This document shows positions 51,301-64,000 of a DNA stretch of 64,000 nucleotides, piece by piece. A program made the translations under genes and the position numbers. The notes beneath the pieces are model-generated. The model was not told the origin of the DNA. It worked only from the letters and a program-made list of their open reading frames with translations, and did not search any database. This DNA is from Octopus vulgaris (Eukaryota): NCBI GenBank assembly GCA_951406725.2, contig OX597817.1:21266001-21330000 (forward strand), read 5' to 3'. Position 1 is the stretch's first letter; each line of letters opens with the position of its first letter.

Positions 51301-52281
51301 ACTCACGACACTCATCAAACAATCAATGTCATGACCGCATGCAAAATACTAACTGCAAGAAAAGAGTGACAATTTGCTTCTAGTGGTTCTGCTTCAGTTA
51401 AAAAGAAAACCAGATATCCTTTACTATATTCACTCCTTGAAATTGCATTACATCACCTTCATCAGGACACGAACGTACGCCTGTTTTACCGAAGACACAT
51501 AAAAAGAACATTGAAACCTTGCTTTCACACTTCATGAAAATATGCTTACAACTTTAGATTTAAAATGACACACGCACAAGCATATGCAACGAAATAACTG
51601 ATTGTAAGCAGCCATTTCTTATTATCGATATAGACGCAGTTAGCTGCTACTAAAGTTGAGTGAAATAAGCAGGAAAGTTAATAATCAAAGAAATCGTTGC
51701 TTTGATTTACAAGAATTTCTGCTCTTATGCAGTTGTATAAAAACCATCGCTTTGAGCACATTTTCAAATTCAGTACTTTTATGTCAGTTCACTGACTTTT
51801 ACGCCAAGGAATAAGAGTCTGGTCTCAAATGAAAAGAACCATCTGATTTAGGAACACCTTTTCACCTGGTGTCGTAGAGATTTTAAACAAGCGATCAAAA
51901 GATCAGTTAAGGCCGATGACTGTAAAACACGGCATTCTTGTGACTTCCTGTTCACTTCAATCTAGGTTATCACAGTAGATATTACTTAACTCGCCAGTCA
52001 CTTTCTATTGTATGAGTTCCGCTGCTTTAAATGACAATAAAGAAAGACTATTGTATTCAATCTCAGCCTAGCGTGTGTGTGCATGTATGTACAATATATT
52101 AAAGTTTATGAATGCATGCTTAAGTCAATAAGATTATTACTTATACATGCATACACATATACGTATACGCGCAAAGACAAACACATACGGATATATGTGT
52201 TCGAAATTTCCCTATGTCAGTTTTGTAGCATGTATTATATATGTGTGTATAAGTATGTGGGCGAGCGTGTGTGAGCGTTTT

Positions 52282-52384
<103 letters not shown>

Positions 52385-52551
52385 GTGTAGATCTGTGTGT
52401 AATACATGCTTCTCTCTGGTTTTCATTTCAGTTTATTTATCTTCTTTACATGCGGGTGTGTTTGTTTTCATGTGCTCGTACGCGTGTGCATATGTTTGTA
52501 GAGAGAGAGTGAGAGAGGAAGAGAGGGAGAAAGAGAAAGAAAGTGAGAGGT

Positions 52552-52592
<41 letters not shown>

Positions 52593-53843
52593 AATAGCTG
52601 GACAAATTGATAGATTGATTGATGAATGGATAATAACTAGATACCACAAGCCAGTAAGTCTTTTAGTTGCGCCAGAAAGAAGTGAACTCAGCCAGAATAC
52701 ATAAAAAAGTGTATGGTAGTAAAGATGGTTGTCGGGGACTTGTTAGTATTAGCTAGTGTTAAGAAACGTCATGAAAAGATAATTTAAAATCAATGAGCAA
52801 GTTGAAAAATTAAGACTATTTGTCAATAGTTAATATCTGCACTGAGTCGGAAAGTATAGACAACCTCAGAGGTATGTTAATATCTATTGCATCTTTTCCT
52901 ATAACCATAGAATTCACTGATGCTGCTGAAGTAGTGATGGAATCGCAAGGAAGTGACGGCAGACAATTGTGCTCTGCTCGGCGTTGTAAAATAGAATTGT
53001 TTACTTAATAAATATCGCAGAGATTTTATTTCTTTCTGCACATTCATAGTAGTTTAGAGTAAAATTTGCGTCGCAATTTTTCCGGCGGTTTTCGAATTAT
53101 TTCTCTTATTTTCTTCATTCTAAAAGTGACACGTCAAGTATCCATTACATTACTTGTATACTCTTTCTAATCTTTCGTTTTATCTCTTCTGTTTCTGTAG
53201 TGTCTGCCCGCTTTCGTTTCGTTCTCATCGAACCATGTTTTCATTTATTTTTATTACAAAGTAGTTATGAAACGGATATCCATCGGTTGTGTTTGTTTGT
53301 CAAATATGGTGGAAATAATATTTCCACCAGAAAATAATATTTTCCCCTCTGCTTGGCAGAATCCAGGTTTGTCATCATATCTGCCTATATATTTATATTG
53401 ATTTTCTCTTTCCGTGTATACACTCACACGCACATACTCTTATTTTCCTTATATTTCCACTGTGATTCTTTCTCCTCTCTCTACTCCTCTCCATTCTCAG
53501 AAATATTCATGCTCCAGATAGCCCTGAGCTGAAGAAACGTTGATTTGGCTTTGCCAAACATCAGCCGTATGGCGGCAGTCGTATCAGCTAACTCGTTGAT
53601 AAAGCAACCCAAGTATGTTAAACCTCACGTAGTTGTATGCTTGTCATTTTTATTGGCTCTGGAGATAAATATACTTCAAGTGCTTTACCTTTTCTTCCTT
53701 CAATTGTACCCAGATATTTCTTCGAAGTTTTCAATAGTATCACCATACTTCGTATAAATTTCCATCATGGAAACAACAAAACTAAGTTACTCAACAAACC
53801 CCAACACCTGCAGTTATATGAAAGCTACACGGTAGTTATTGTA

Positions 53844-54270
53844 TTTACTCTTTACTCTTTTACTTGTTTCAGTCATTTGACTGCGGCCATGCTGGAGCAC
53901 CGCCTTTAATCGAGCAACTCGACACCGGGACTTATTTTTTTTGTAAGCCCAGTACTTATTCTATCTGTCTCTTTTGCCGAACCGCTAAGTAACGGGGACA
54001 TAAACACACCAGCATCGGTTGTCAAGCGATGTTGGGGGGACAAACACAGTAACACAAACAAACACACAAACAAACACACATACATATATATATATATACA
54101 TATATACGACACGCTTCTTTCAGTTTCCGTCTACCAAATCCACTCACACGGCATTGGTCGGCTCGGGGCTATAGCAGAGGACACTTGCCGAAGATGCCAC
54201 GCAGTGGGACTGAACCTGGAACCATGTGGTTGGTTAGCAAGCTACTTACCACACAGCCACTCCTGCGCCT
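53844..54270 (-). mobile_element. SINE family C, full length
   Basis: Reverse-complement match to 29638-30055, ending in ccacacagccactcctgcgcct. Confidence 0.9.
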
Positions 54271-54883
54271 ATTTTCATTTTACTGTAAAACTATTTTTGC
54301 TGTGGCAGTTTTCCACCAAGAATGGAAAATTTCATTACAGTAATCATTTTATCATCCCTGAATTACATTCAAAACTAAGTGACTGGCTGACATGAATATT
54401 TCCCTTCACGTGAGTTCGAAACTAATTGAGTAAGTTCATACAAATCATAGTATCTGCTGAGGTAACACGAGATCCATAGTAGAGGTATTTATCGCAGTCA
54501 ATGAAGTTTTAATAAATGAGTTCTAATATGATGCACGACCTGGTCAGCAAAGAACATGTTTTTAGGGAGGTCCTACTGTTAGTAGAATAATAGTGGTGTA
54601 TTGCATCTCCTCATGGCTCAACATTGGATTGTTTCTAAGTATTTCTCTAAAACTGAGGCGTGAGGCTGGTGTCTTCCCAGTCACTACAATTACTGATGTT
54701 TCATGTCTAACGTCTATAGCATTTCTATGAGAAATCCTTGTTGTCTATAAGATGGTGTCTTTCTTTCTTTCTTTCCGGATCTTATCTAAATGTAAATATA
54801 ATACCTCATCCGTAATTTTAACGTTTTCGTTACAGTACATGAAATCTGTCTCATTATCTATTTATCAGTCTATCTAACCTCAT

Positions 54884-54953
<70 letters not shown>

Positions 54954-54967
54954 AGAGAGAGATATGC

Positions 54968-55002
<35 letters not shown>

Positions 55003-55057
55003 TACACATACATATATATGCATACCCCTCCACATATATATATATATACATACCTAA

Positions 55058-55123
<66 letters not shown>

Positions 55124-56552
55124 CCATACACACACACACAAATACACAGTCATATATATACATATTGCACAAGTGATGCAGAACGATGCGACTGGAACGA
55201 TAGGATGCAGAACTATAGGACTGGAAGAAGCGGTAGATTCTTGCTATACGGACACTAGCGGTTAGTTTCCTGTACTTCCTTTTACACCGACAGTCTGTCA
55301 AAGTCGCCTTGAGTCAGTGGTCTGATGTAAATCTGAACAGCCGACAGGTATTGTGTATTGTAGAATATATCCTAATGTTGTTCGTAATACGAAGTGATAG
55401 AAGTTCGAAAGAAAATTCGTAAACTAGAAACAACATACTAAAAAAAAAAAAAAACAATGGAAGCAAATTAAAGAAAATGAAAAAAATGGAAAATACAAAG
55501 CATAAACTGTGTGAAAGAGAATATACTCAAGTAGAGATTTACATTGAAGCAAATATATCAGTCCATGTATTGACGCTTATGAGATTGGAATTTGTAGTCA
55601 TTGAAATGGAATGGTCATTGTGTTACCATTGCTCCCGTCATTGTATTTGTTTACAATGCAAAGGTATTTTCTTATACTAAATACTTGAACGTAAATGTAT
55701 CAAGACACTCTAAAAGTTAAAGAAAACACAGACTCTGTCGTCCAGAAATATTTAACATTAACAATGATCAACTTCATAAAAAGTTATAGCAAACACAATA
55801 GCACTTATGATATTACATACATAAATTAAGATTACGTGTGTGTGTGTTTGTGTATAAATGCATATATATGCATATGTGTATCATCATAGGCATATATCTA
55901 TATGTGTGTAAGTGTGTGCTTCAAAGAAATTTTCTCTCAAAATTCATTTACTCTAAATACGTGTAACATCATTTACTAGAATGTTAAGGGAAGAAAATAG
56001 CTGAGATAAGAAGGTTTTGTATGTATTTAATAACACTGCAGTCCTGAGTGAGTAGACCGATGGACAAGCATCCTACAGCTGCAATAGTTCGGACTTCCTT
56101 TTCGGAAACACTGCACAGACGATCAAATTCTCCTATAAGTACGTCTCTAAACGTAAACATTAGGAAATCTGTTACATGAATGAAATCGCGTTATTTTGTA
56201 CAGATAAAATTAAAGGTCTCCATATTTACTTCTCGGGAGTCTACAGAAATGTCAGCTAAACCGCTGTGAAGAAAGCTGTGTAATTATAAAAGATTGTATT
56301 AATTTATACACAAATAGAGTTTGGAACTCTTTGTGTGAAAACACGCACCCCACACACACATATGAACACATACATATATTCGTATTAAATGAAGAAATGG
56401 TATCTAGCATGAACTTTGTAAAGGATAGTAATAATAAATAGAAGCTTTAAGCTTATTAAGCGTTCACTGTGTGTATATATATATATATGTATACACACAT
56501 ATATGTATACAGGCATACATACGTACACACACACACACACTAACACACAAAA

Positions 56553-56612
<60 letters not shown>

Positions 56613-56890
56613 GTGTATGTGAGCTAGAGGTTAAACACCATCTAAGGGATAATGAATATCCAATATACTACTAGATATATATACCTATGTATTTATATCT
56701 AATTGCTTACTGTTGCAAGGCACTCATTTATTCCTATTCATATATTTGTTTTTTTTTTTATTTACTTATTTATACATATGATTGTAATTAATAAATAGAT
56801 CCAAGGGGTGTTTTCAGGCTGATGTTTGTTAATTAATTATCTTCTCCATTTTCTTCTTTGTCATATATATGTGTGAGTGTGTGTTTGTAT

Positions 56891-56957
<67 letters not shown>

Positions 56958-56958
<1 letters not shown>

Positions 56959-57066
56959 AGGGGAAATTCACAATAAAAGTGAAAGACGAAGACAAGTAGT
57001 GTAGACAACAAACAGATGTATTAGTGTAATGCTCTTGAAAGGAAAAAGTCTTTAACGTTTCGAGCC
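56958..57066 (-). mobile_element. Penelope-like terminal fragment truncated inside the hammerhead-like core
   Basis: Ends in tttaacgtttcgagcc (reverse complement GGCUCGAAACGUUAAA), as at 39664-39678, and is embedded in TA/TG tracts. Confidence 0.45.
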
Positions 57067-57503
57067 TATATACACACAAGTATATATCCATATATATATG
57101 TGTGTGTGTGTATATACATATATACACGCACATATATATATATGTTTATGTATATATGCATATATATATATGTGTGTGTGTATGTGTGTGTGTGTGTGTG
57201 TGTAAATACATATATATGTATATATATATGTATGTGTGCGTGAAGTGTGTATATATGTATCTATGTATACACACATTTATATTAATATATCCGATATATA
57301 CGTTTTTGTTTGCGAGTGTCTATGAATGTGTCTGTGTATGTCTTTATATCTATACTTTCGCCTGTGGTAACGTAAGATGCGGTGTGTGTGGGTTGTTGAT
57401 GGCTATGATGAACATAAGGAGGAGAGAGAGAGAAGACAAGTGAAGAGAAGTTAAATTAGGTGTTAAGAACGGGGACGAAGTTGGGGCAATTGTAGCTAAT
57501 ACC

Positions 57504-57734
57504 TATTTCTTTATTACCCACAAGGGGCCAAACACAGAGGGGATATACAAGGACAGACATAGGTATTAAGTCGATTACATCGACCCCAGTGCGTAACTGG
57601 TATTTAATTTATCGACCCCGAAAGGATGAAAGGCAAAGTCGACCTCGGCGGAATTTGAACTCACAACGTAACGCAGACGAAATACCGCTAAGCATTTCGC
57701 CCGGCGTGCTAACATTTCTGCCAGCACGCCGCCT
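57504..57734 (-). mobile_element. SINE family B, full-length monomer with 16-bp TSD
   Basis: Reverse-complement match to 32531-32759. TSD aattgtagctaatacc at 57488-57503 and 57735-57750. Confidence 0.92.
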
Positions 57735-57828
57735 AATTGTAGCTAATACCGTACACATATTTTTGACGTCTACACGTAAATAATCATGAGACTCAATGGC
57801 AAAATATCATATCCTAAATGTTAAGTAA

Positions 57829-57975
57829 GTGGAGGTGCGTGGCTTAGTGGTTTGTGTGTTGACCTCATGATCATGAAACTGCTTTCGATTCTAGGACCAG
57901 GGGACATATTGTGTTCTTGGGCAAATCAATTCTTTTCCCGTTACTCCAGTCCACTCTCAGGTAAAAATGAGTAGT
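57829..57975 (+). mobile_element. Old tRNA-headed SINE
   Basis: A-box TGGCTTAGTGG and B-box-like TTTCGATTCT, followed by gtgttcttgggcaa and ggtaaaaatgagta motifs. The 3' boundary is uncertain. Confidence 0.6.
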
Positions 57976-58886
57976 CCTTTGACGATGCGGCGTCACGTTA
58001 AAAGTCAGAATGTATTCTCCACGGAAACCGGAGATTATAGGAAATCGATCCTATAAACTTACACGACTGAAGAATGATCTTAATGCTAGTTCTTTTTTTT
58101 TTTTTTTGCTAGATGTGTAGACAATAATTATCAGCAATTCTCATGCTGAAATTCAATGTCAATAACATTTTTCACAATACTAACATTCTTAAGTAGTCCG
58201 GAAGCACTCGAGATCAAGCTGTCCGGCTTTACAGCAAGTCGAGTGTTATTTCGGAATTACCCTCTCGTAGAAAGGCATCTAAACAAAGAATAAGTGCGTC
58301 TCATTACTGTTAGATGGTCGATGACTTTAGTATGTTCATTCATCCATCTTTTGACTAGTTCGAGTTTTATACTGCAGGTATCCTACATAAGCTGCCTTCC
58401 ATAGCAAACAGGCTTGATAGGGTTCCTGGATTAGTGGCCAACGGTCCGACGGCCCGTTGCCCAGAGTGTACGACATGTTGCCCTGGATTACATGCTAGGA
58501 CCGGTTCAAAGCGTGACCCAAGATTTTAATATACATTTCTGCATATATAATCTTTTTATGAATTGATAACATTTAGCAAACAGCCTAAATTTTCGTGAGA
58601 TATTACTTCTTAAACAAATAATTCAGTACGTAATTAAATCCTCTTCATTGTTTCTGAACTATTCTCCGCTCATAAAATATTATGCGTACTCTCTATTGTT
58701 TCCACTTTCACTCGACCGTAAAATGAAACTTCAATATTAGTGCTTGTGTATACGCGTATGTGTATGTGTTTGTGCGGCTATGTACCGATATGTATCGATA
58801 TGTATCGATATATATATATATATATATACAGAAAACTAGTTTTTCACATATAGTACAATTCAATATGTCACTCTCTTTCTATGTAC

Positions 58887-58941
<55 letters not shown>

Positions 58942-58973
58942 TGTATACATATATATATATACACATATACATA

Positions 58974-59772
58974 CGAGGTCTGATTAATATGTATCTGGAC
59001 TGTTGCTATAGTAGCGAAGCTAAAACACGCAGAGTGAAGCCGCTTTAACTCTGCTATGTGTGTGAACTTATGCTTAAAGTTCTAGTGTACTTTCGCTGTT
59101 TACAGCAAAGCATAACAGAGATAGTTGAGCAGAGAATCTAAATCAAATTTTGCAAAAACTTGATGATACCTGCTCAAAGACTTAAGCAAAGGTTTCATCG
59201 TTCTCGACACAATCAAGGAAAATTTATACAACTGAAGCCCAAGTATCTTTTTGGTCAACTGAAAGCAGTTTTAGCACAAACTTGGCAGATACGCCTCTCA
59301 TACCCGAATCTTCAGCGCTAATAGACTGAACAGAACTAATATCCACATCTTCTTAAACCCACAGGTGGCGACTCAATGATTTCCCGTCACAGCTGCGCAG
59401 GAACACGCAATGTTTTCTTTATTTCTGCTGATTGCAGGTCCCCAAGAACGTTCGTCGTTATCGACATCTTTCGGCCATCTTGGAAACGTCTGACCACTAG
59501 TACACTTCTATGTGGCTCATACACCCCTCTTCATACACTTTCTGTAACATTCCGTAGGCCCCTGAGCAGGTATCACCATGACAATTTCCTCTGTGATGTT
59601 CAATGCGACGATCACATGCTACACACGTAAACAGCGGAAGTGAGCTATAACGTTAAAACTTAGTGCGCATGCACAGCACTGTCCAAGATCACTCTCTGCA
59701 GAGCAGCTTCACCATGCTTTCTTTAGCGTCGTTACTATGGCAAAAGTCTCTATATTTATTGATCAGACCACG
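58974..59772. mobile_element. Decayed mariner derivative made of two inverted 5' ends, with TA TSD
   Basis: TA at 58972-58973 and 59773-59774. Long imperfect inverted repeats (cgaggtctgattaata... vs reverse complement cgtggtctgatcaata...). The plus strand at ~59123-59190 reads VEQRI*IKFCK... The minus strand at ~59191-59580 reads GDTCSGAYGMLQKVYEEGCMS...RRFQDGRK...EDSGMRGVSAKFVLKLLSVDQK, the mariner HTH and linker region. Confidence 0.85.
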
Positions 59773-60917
59773 TATGCATATACATTCATATACCTTTTCA
59801 GTATTAATTCGTCAATTTATATATTACACCACGTTACAAAGCGCACTAATATATTAAGTCGTAGGTTTACTGTCTTGGTCTGAATCAACAAATATTTAGC
59901 TCTTAATTTTTACTTCAATTATAACCTTAGTAAAAAACATTAAAATTCATCAGTTGTAACATCTATCCATATTTAGACACTGAAACACATTCACTTCCAT
60001 TTTCAATCAACATATATATATAATTTCTGAGTTTTGTTAATCACCGCATATTTTTAAGTTTCAATAATTCTATTTTAGAATCAATAGGCAAAAGTTATGT
60101 CAATTTCTTCACAAATAGCAGAATCTAATATTTATCCTTCAAACTACTTATTACCTTCTATTCTAGCAGTCTAGAACTAATAACGGTATATAATTATTTT
60201 TGGACAAATTCCTACCTCTTCCCATTTCCGTTTTTTGTATAGTTTTTCTTTCTTTCTTTCTTCCTGTCACGTTTTACCGTTGTTCAAAATATACTTATAT
60301 TCCTGATTTATTTAAAGAACTGAGGAACTGCATTCGGGGGCAATATGGATTGTACATTTACTACATTGAGTTCGTTGTAATGTGTGTATGTGTGTGCGTA
60401 TAATTACTATGGAACAGTGGATTTCAATGCACATAAAACTATAAAGAATATTATATAAAGATTGGTTTCAAAAGCTTTTTGGTTAGATTTCCGAATTGTT
60501 TTCGAGATCTCGCTTTTACGTACACAGTATTAGTCGACTTCTGTCTAGGATAAAATTATTCGTGTAAGTTGCCGCAGACAAGAATTTATTCCCGAAATCA
60601 TGAAGTCGGGAGATGATTTTCTAAATCAAACAATGACACAGTCCTCTTGAACCGATTGTTCTTTTAACTAATAATGATCCATTTTCCCTCTTCGACAATG
60701 TAAATCATTGAATTCCTACATGAATTCTTAACTGTTCATTCATTGTACAATCATTCTCATACCCAAATACACATGTACAATTGAAGTCAAAAATAATTGA
60801 CACATAAGCTATTTGGATTCGCGCGTTATTGCTCATTCAAACAAGTTTCCTGCGTCTTAATTTACTATCTACAATTTTTATTTGAACAGCTATCACTTTA
60901 TCCCCTTCTCTCTCTCA

Positions 60918-60967
<50 letters not shown>

Positions 60968-60994
60968 TTATATATATACATGTATATATATATT

Positions 60995-61027
<33 letters not shown>

Positions 61028-61034
61028 GTATATA

Positions 61035-61117
<83 letters not shown>

Positions 61118-61760
61118 ATATGTATGCATGTATATATGTCTCTAGCTGCGTGTGTCTATGATCACTGTCAGATCTAATGACCAACACTCAATCAAATCAC
61201 CTTCATCTTGTAAGATGGGATTCCGTAACCAATTTACCCAACAAATATACTGAAAGTAAATGTAATTTTTGAAGTGTCCTGCAAGATATGTTAAACTCAT
61301 GTAACTTGATGTATGGTTAAGTATAAACATGTTTAACACCACGAATTGAATAACAAATTCTTTTGAATATATTACATTAGGATATTATGCAGAAATACGA
61401 ATTTTTCGCTAGCCAACCGATGGCGTATTTGCAATGAAAATAAACGGACAACGCTTCTGATATTTAATGTAATTGTATAACCTTAATACATTTTACCTCT
61501 ATATGATATTCTCAATGAATAAAATGTTTCTGTTAAAAGGAAATTATAATTAAAATTTTATATGCGTACACCTATAAAATGTTACATGTTATTTTCCAAA
61601 AGCGACAGAGGAAAATTTATTGAAGCGTGATACAATACAGGAAGTAGTGTCCAATTTACTAAGTTCTATTTGACTGGGACTTTGCAATACATAGCTACAT
61701 AAATGACAGGTAAAAAACAACCAGTCACACAGATTGACCGACATATACACTACTATCTCT

Positions 61761-61860
<100 letters not shown>

Positions 61861-61861
61861 T

Positions 61862-61896
<35 letters not shown>

Positions 61897-63047
61897 CGTG
61901 CGCACAGACACACACGGTGGCCTTCTCCTTCAAATTAATCATCGTCTTCTTAAAAGTTCTCTCTGTTGGATAGAACAAACATTTTTTTCATTTATTTTAC
62001 GAGCACAGATTGACAGAAGTGGTTAATTGTATCAGAACTCTAAGAGACTGATCGAAAGTTTAGTGAAGAATTACATGATTTTTGTAATGAAAAATGTCGC
62101 ATCTTATATAAATATACATATATTTAGCGCATTAAACGTAAAACTACGTATCATAATTGAAACATAACATTTTCAGCCAAATTATATTCGTAAATGAAAT
62201 CAAATATATTTACGTACTTTCGGTTTTAGTGAATTTCCTAAAATGGAAGTAAGAATAACATCACTTAGGCTGTGTTTTTGTCTTTGTTGCCGTATACTTA
62301 TATTTAATAAAACTGTCGTTTTACAATAAATGTGCTAAATATGTAGATGAGCGATAATGAATTTGAAGCCGCGGATGAAGAATTTGAGATTGCTGTAGAC
62401 GAGAGTGAAGTTGTTTCTTAAATTTGAGATTTGAGGCGAAAATGTTCTAATCGTACTTTAACTTGTCTTTCACACCTCCAGACTTACTGCTACACACACA
62501 CACCTATTCACAAAAAATAAAGACATACATATACACATATGCACATATTCACATACATATAGTAATGTCTAGTAAGATCAGTGGGAAATCCATGAGAAAT
62601 GTATGTTTATAAATGAATCTGGCCATATATAACCCATCCTTCATTTGAAACTTCAATTAGGCGATTCTGACGCTTTAAAAATACAAGATATTCCCACGAG
62701 TATATATCGAAATATATAAGAAAATCATAAACTCAAAAGGAAGGCGTTTGTGATAAAGTCTCTGAAGATCAAGATCACAGACTCTTTTTCTTGTGTATTA
62801 ATTTAGTACACATTTTGATAGTAACGGACTGATATCATATTTGCGACTGTAGTTAAAAGATCTGTATTCCGTGGCTACTAATATCTCGTACTGGAAAGTA
62901 AGTGTGAGAAAAAAGTTGGAAAGTATTGGAAATTCGGTAGGTTTAAAGAAGATAACACGAAGGTAAAGCATATGAATCTAGATTGGAATGTAATGTAGAA
63001 GTGAGAGACAGATTGTGTTTAGATATTAGTGTTTATTCCTATGTGAC

Positions 63048-63096
<49 letters not shown>

Positions 63097-63640
63097 ATAT
63101 ATACATATGTATATCATGCATATATATGTGTGTGCTTGTGTGTATGCATATATATATATATATGTGCATGTATATTTGAACGTGTGTACGTACGTATGCA
63201 TGTATGTACATATGTATTCACGTGTGTGGATGTCTTCAGTGTTTGACTTTGTGGAGTATTTTGTTTGTTTCGTTCATGCCAAAAATTTTACTAGAATTAT
63301 CTGTGATGTTTACCTATTTGTGTGTATTTGACCATATATGTATGTATGTATTTAAGTATGTATTTATGTATGAATGTATGTATAGATATATAGTTAAGTC
63401 GATTGATTAAGAGATAGAGCGAGGTGTGAAGGAAATAGAGCGACATATTATGTCCTATTACACTGGTGTTAAATGAAATTAAGCGAAGAAAATGAGGTTA
63501 AAATATTTGATAGACTGGAATAATATGCTTCCAAATATAAGCCTGAATGACAGATTATTTTAGCGCTGTACTTTCTTAGCGCTCGATTTTCACAGACTCT
63601 CCTAATACCGAATTATTTATCCTCAGCTTTGAAAAAAACA

Positions 63641-64000
63641 TTCTTTCCTGCTCTAGGCGCAAGGTCCGAAATTTTGGGGGAAGGGGCTAGTCGATTAGAT
63701 CAACCGCAGTACGCAAATACTACATAATTTTTCAACTCCGAAAGGACGGAAAGCAAAGTTGACCTCAGCAGAATTTGAAATAAGAACGTAAGGACAGACG
63801 AAATACACTAAGCATTTCGCCCAGCGTGCTAACTTTTCTGCCAGCTCGCCGTCTTCCGAAGGGATGAACCTCGGCAGAATTTGAACTCAGAACGTAATGG
63901 TAGACGAAATACCTATTTCTTTACTACCCACAAGGGTCTAAACACAGAGGGGACAAACAAGGACAGACAAAGGGATTAAGTCGATTACATCGACCCCAGT
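63641..64000 (-). mobile_element. SINE family B cluster: one full copy (63641-63854) plus tandem units cut by the window end
   Basis: Reverse-complement matches to family B. The tandem junction gacgaaatacc|tatttctttactac at ~63903-63926 is the same junction type as in the pentamer. Confidence 0.85.

Noticed and set aside
52820-53008. 62-aa ORF with apparent donor (gag|gtatgt) and acceptor (ccatag|) sites
   Set aside because: The implied intron is only ~38 nt and the peptide has no recognisable homology.
53523-53541. ctgaagaaacgtt, hammerhead-like words
   Set aside because: CUGAAGA and GAAAC overlap, leaving no stem II; likely chance.

Overview
This is eukaryotic, AT-rich, repeat-dense DNA. 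Its SINE set and extreme microsatellite load look like an Octopus (cephalopod) genome, which is an inference from recall and not verified. I found no confidently identifiable host protein-coding gene, rRNA, true tRNA gene or CRISPR array. Nearly all listed ORFs are microsatellite translation artefacts. The only clear protein homologies are to transposons: a 5'-truncated R4/Dong-like (RLE-clade) non-LTR retrotransposon inside (TAA)n at 53-1683, and decayed mariner/Tc1 transposase fragments. The window also holds three tRNA-derived SINE families (labelled A, B and C here), several with exact target-site duplications (TSDs), plus Tc1/mariner and piggyBac-like MITEs and Penelope-type fragments with minimal hammerhead-ribozyme-like cores. 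Five observations stand out: (1) SINE family B occurs as TSD-bounded monomers and a dimer, plus a 184-bp-period pentamer with a weaker candidate TSD. (2) A ~200-bp palindrome carries two outward-reading hammerhead-like cores. (3) One mariner is built from two 5' ends. (4) A non-coding element shares the Dong (TAA)n target. (5) The internal TA tract of SINE C acts as an insertion hotspot.
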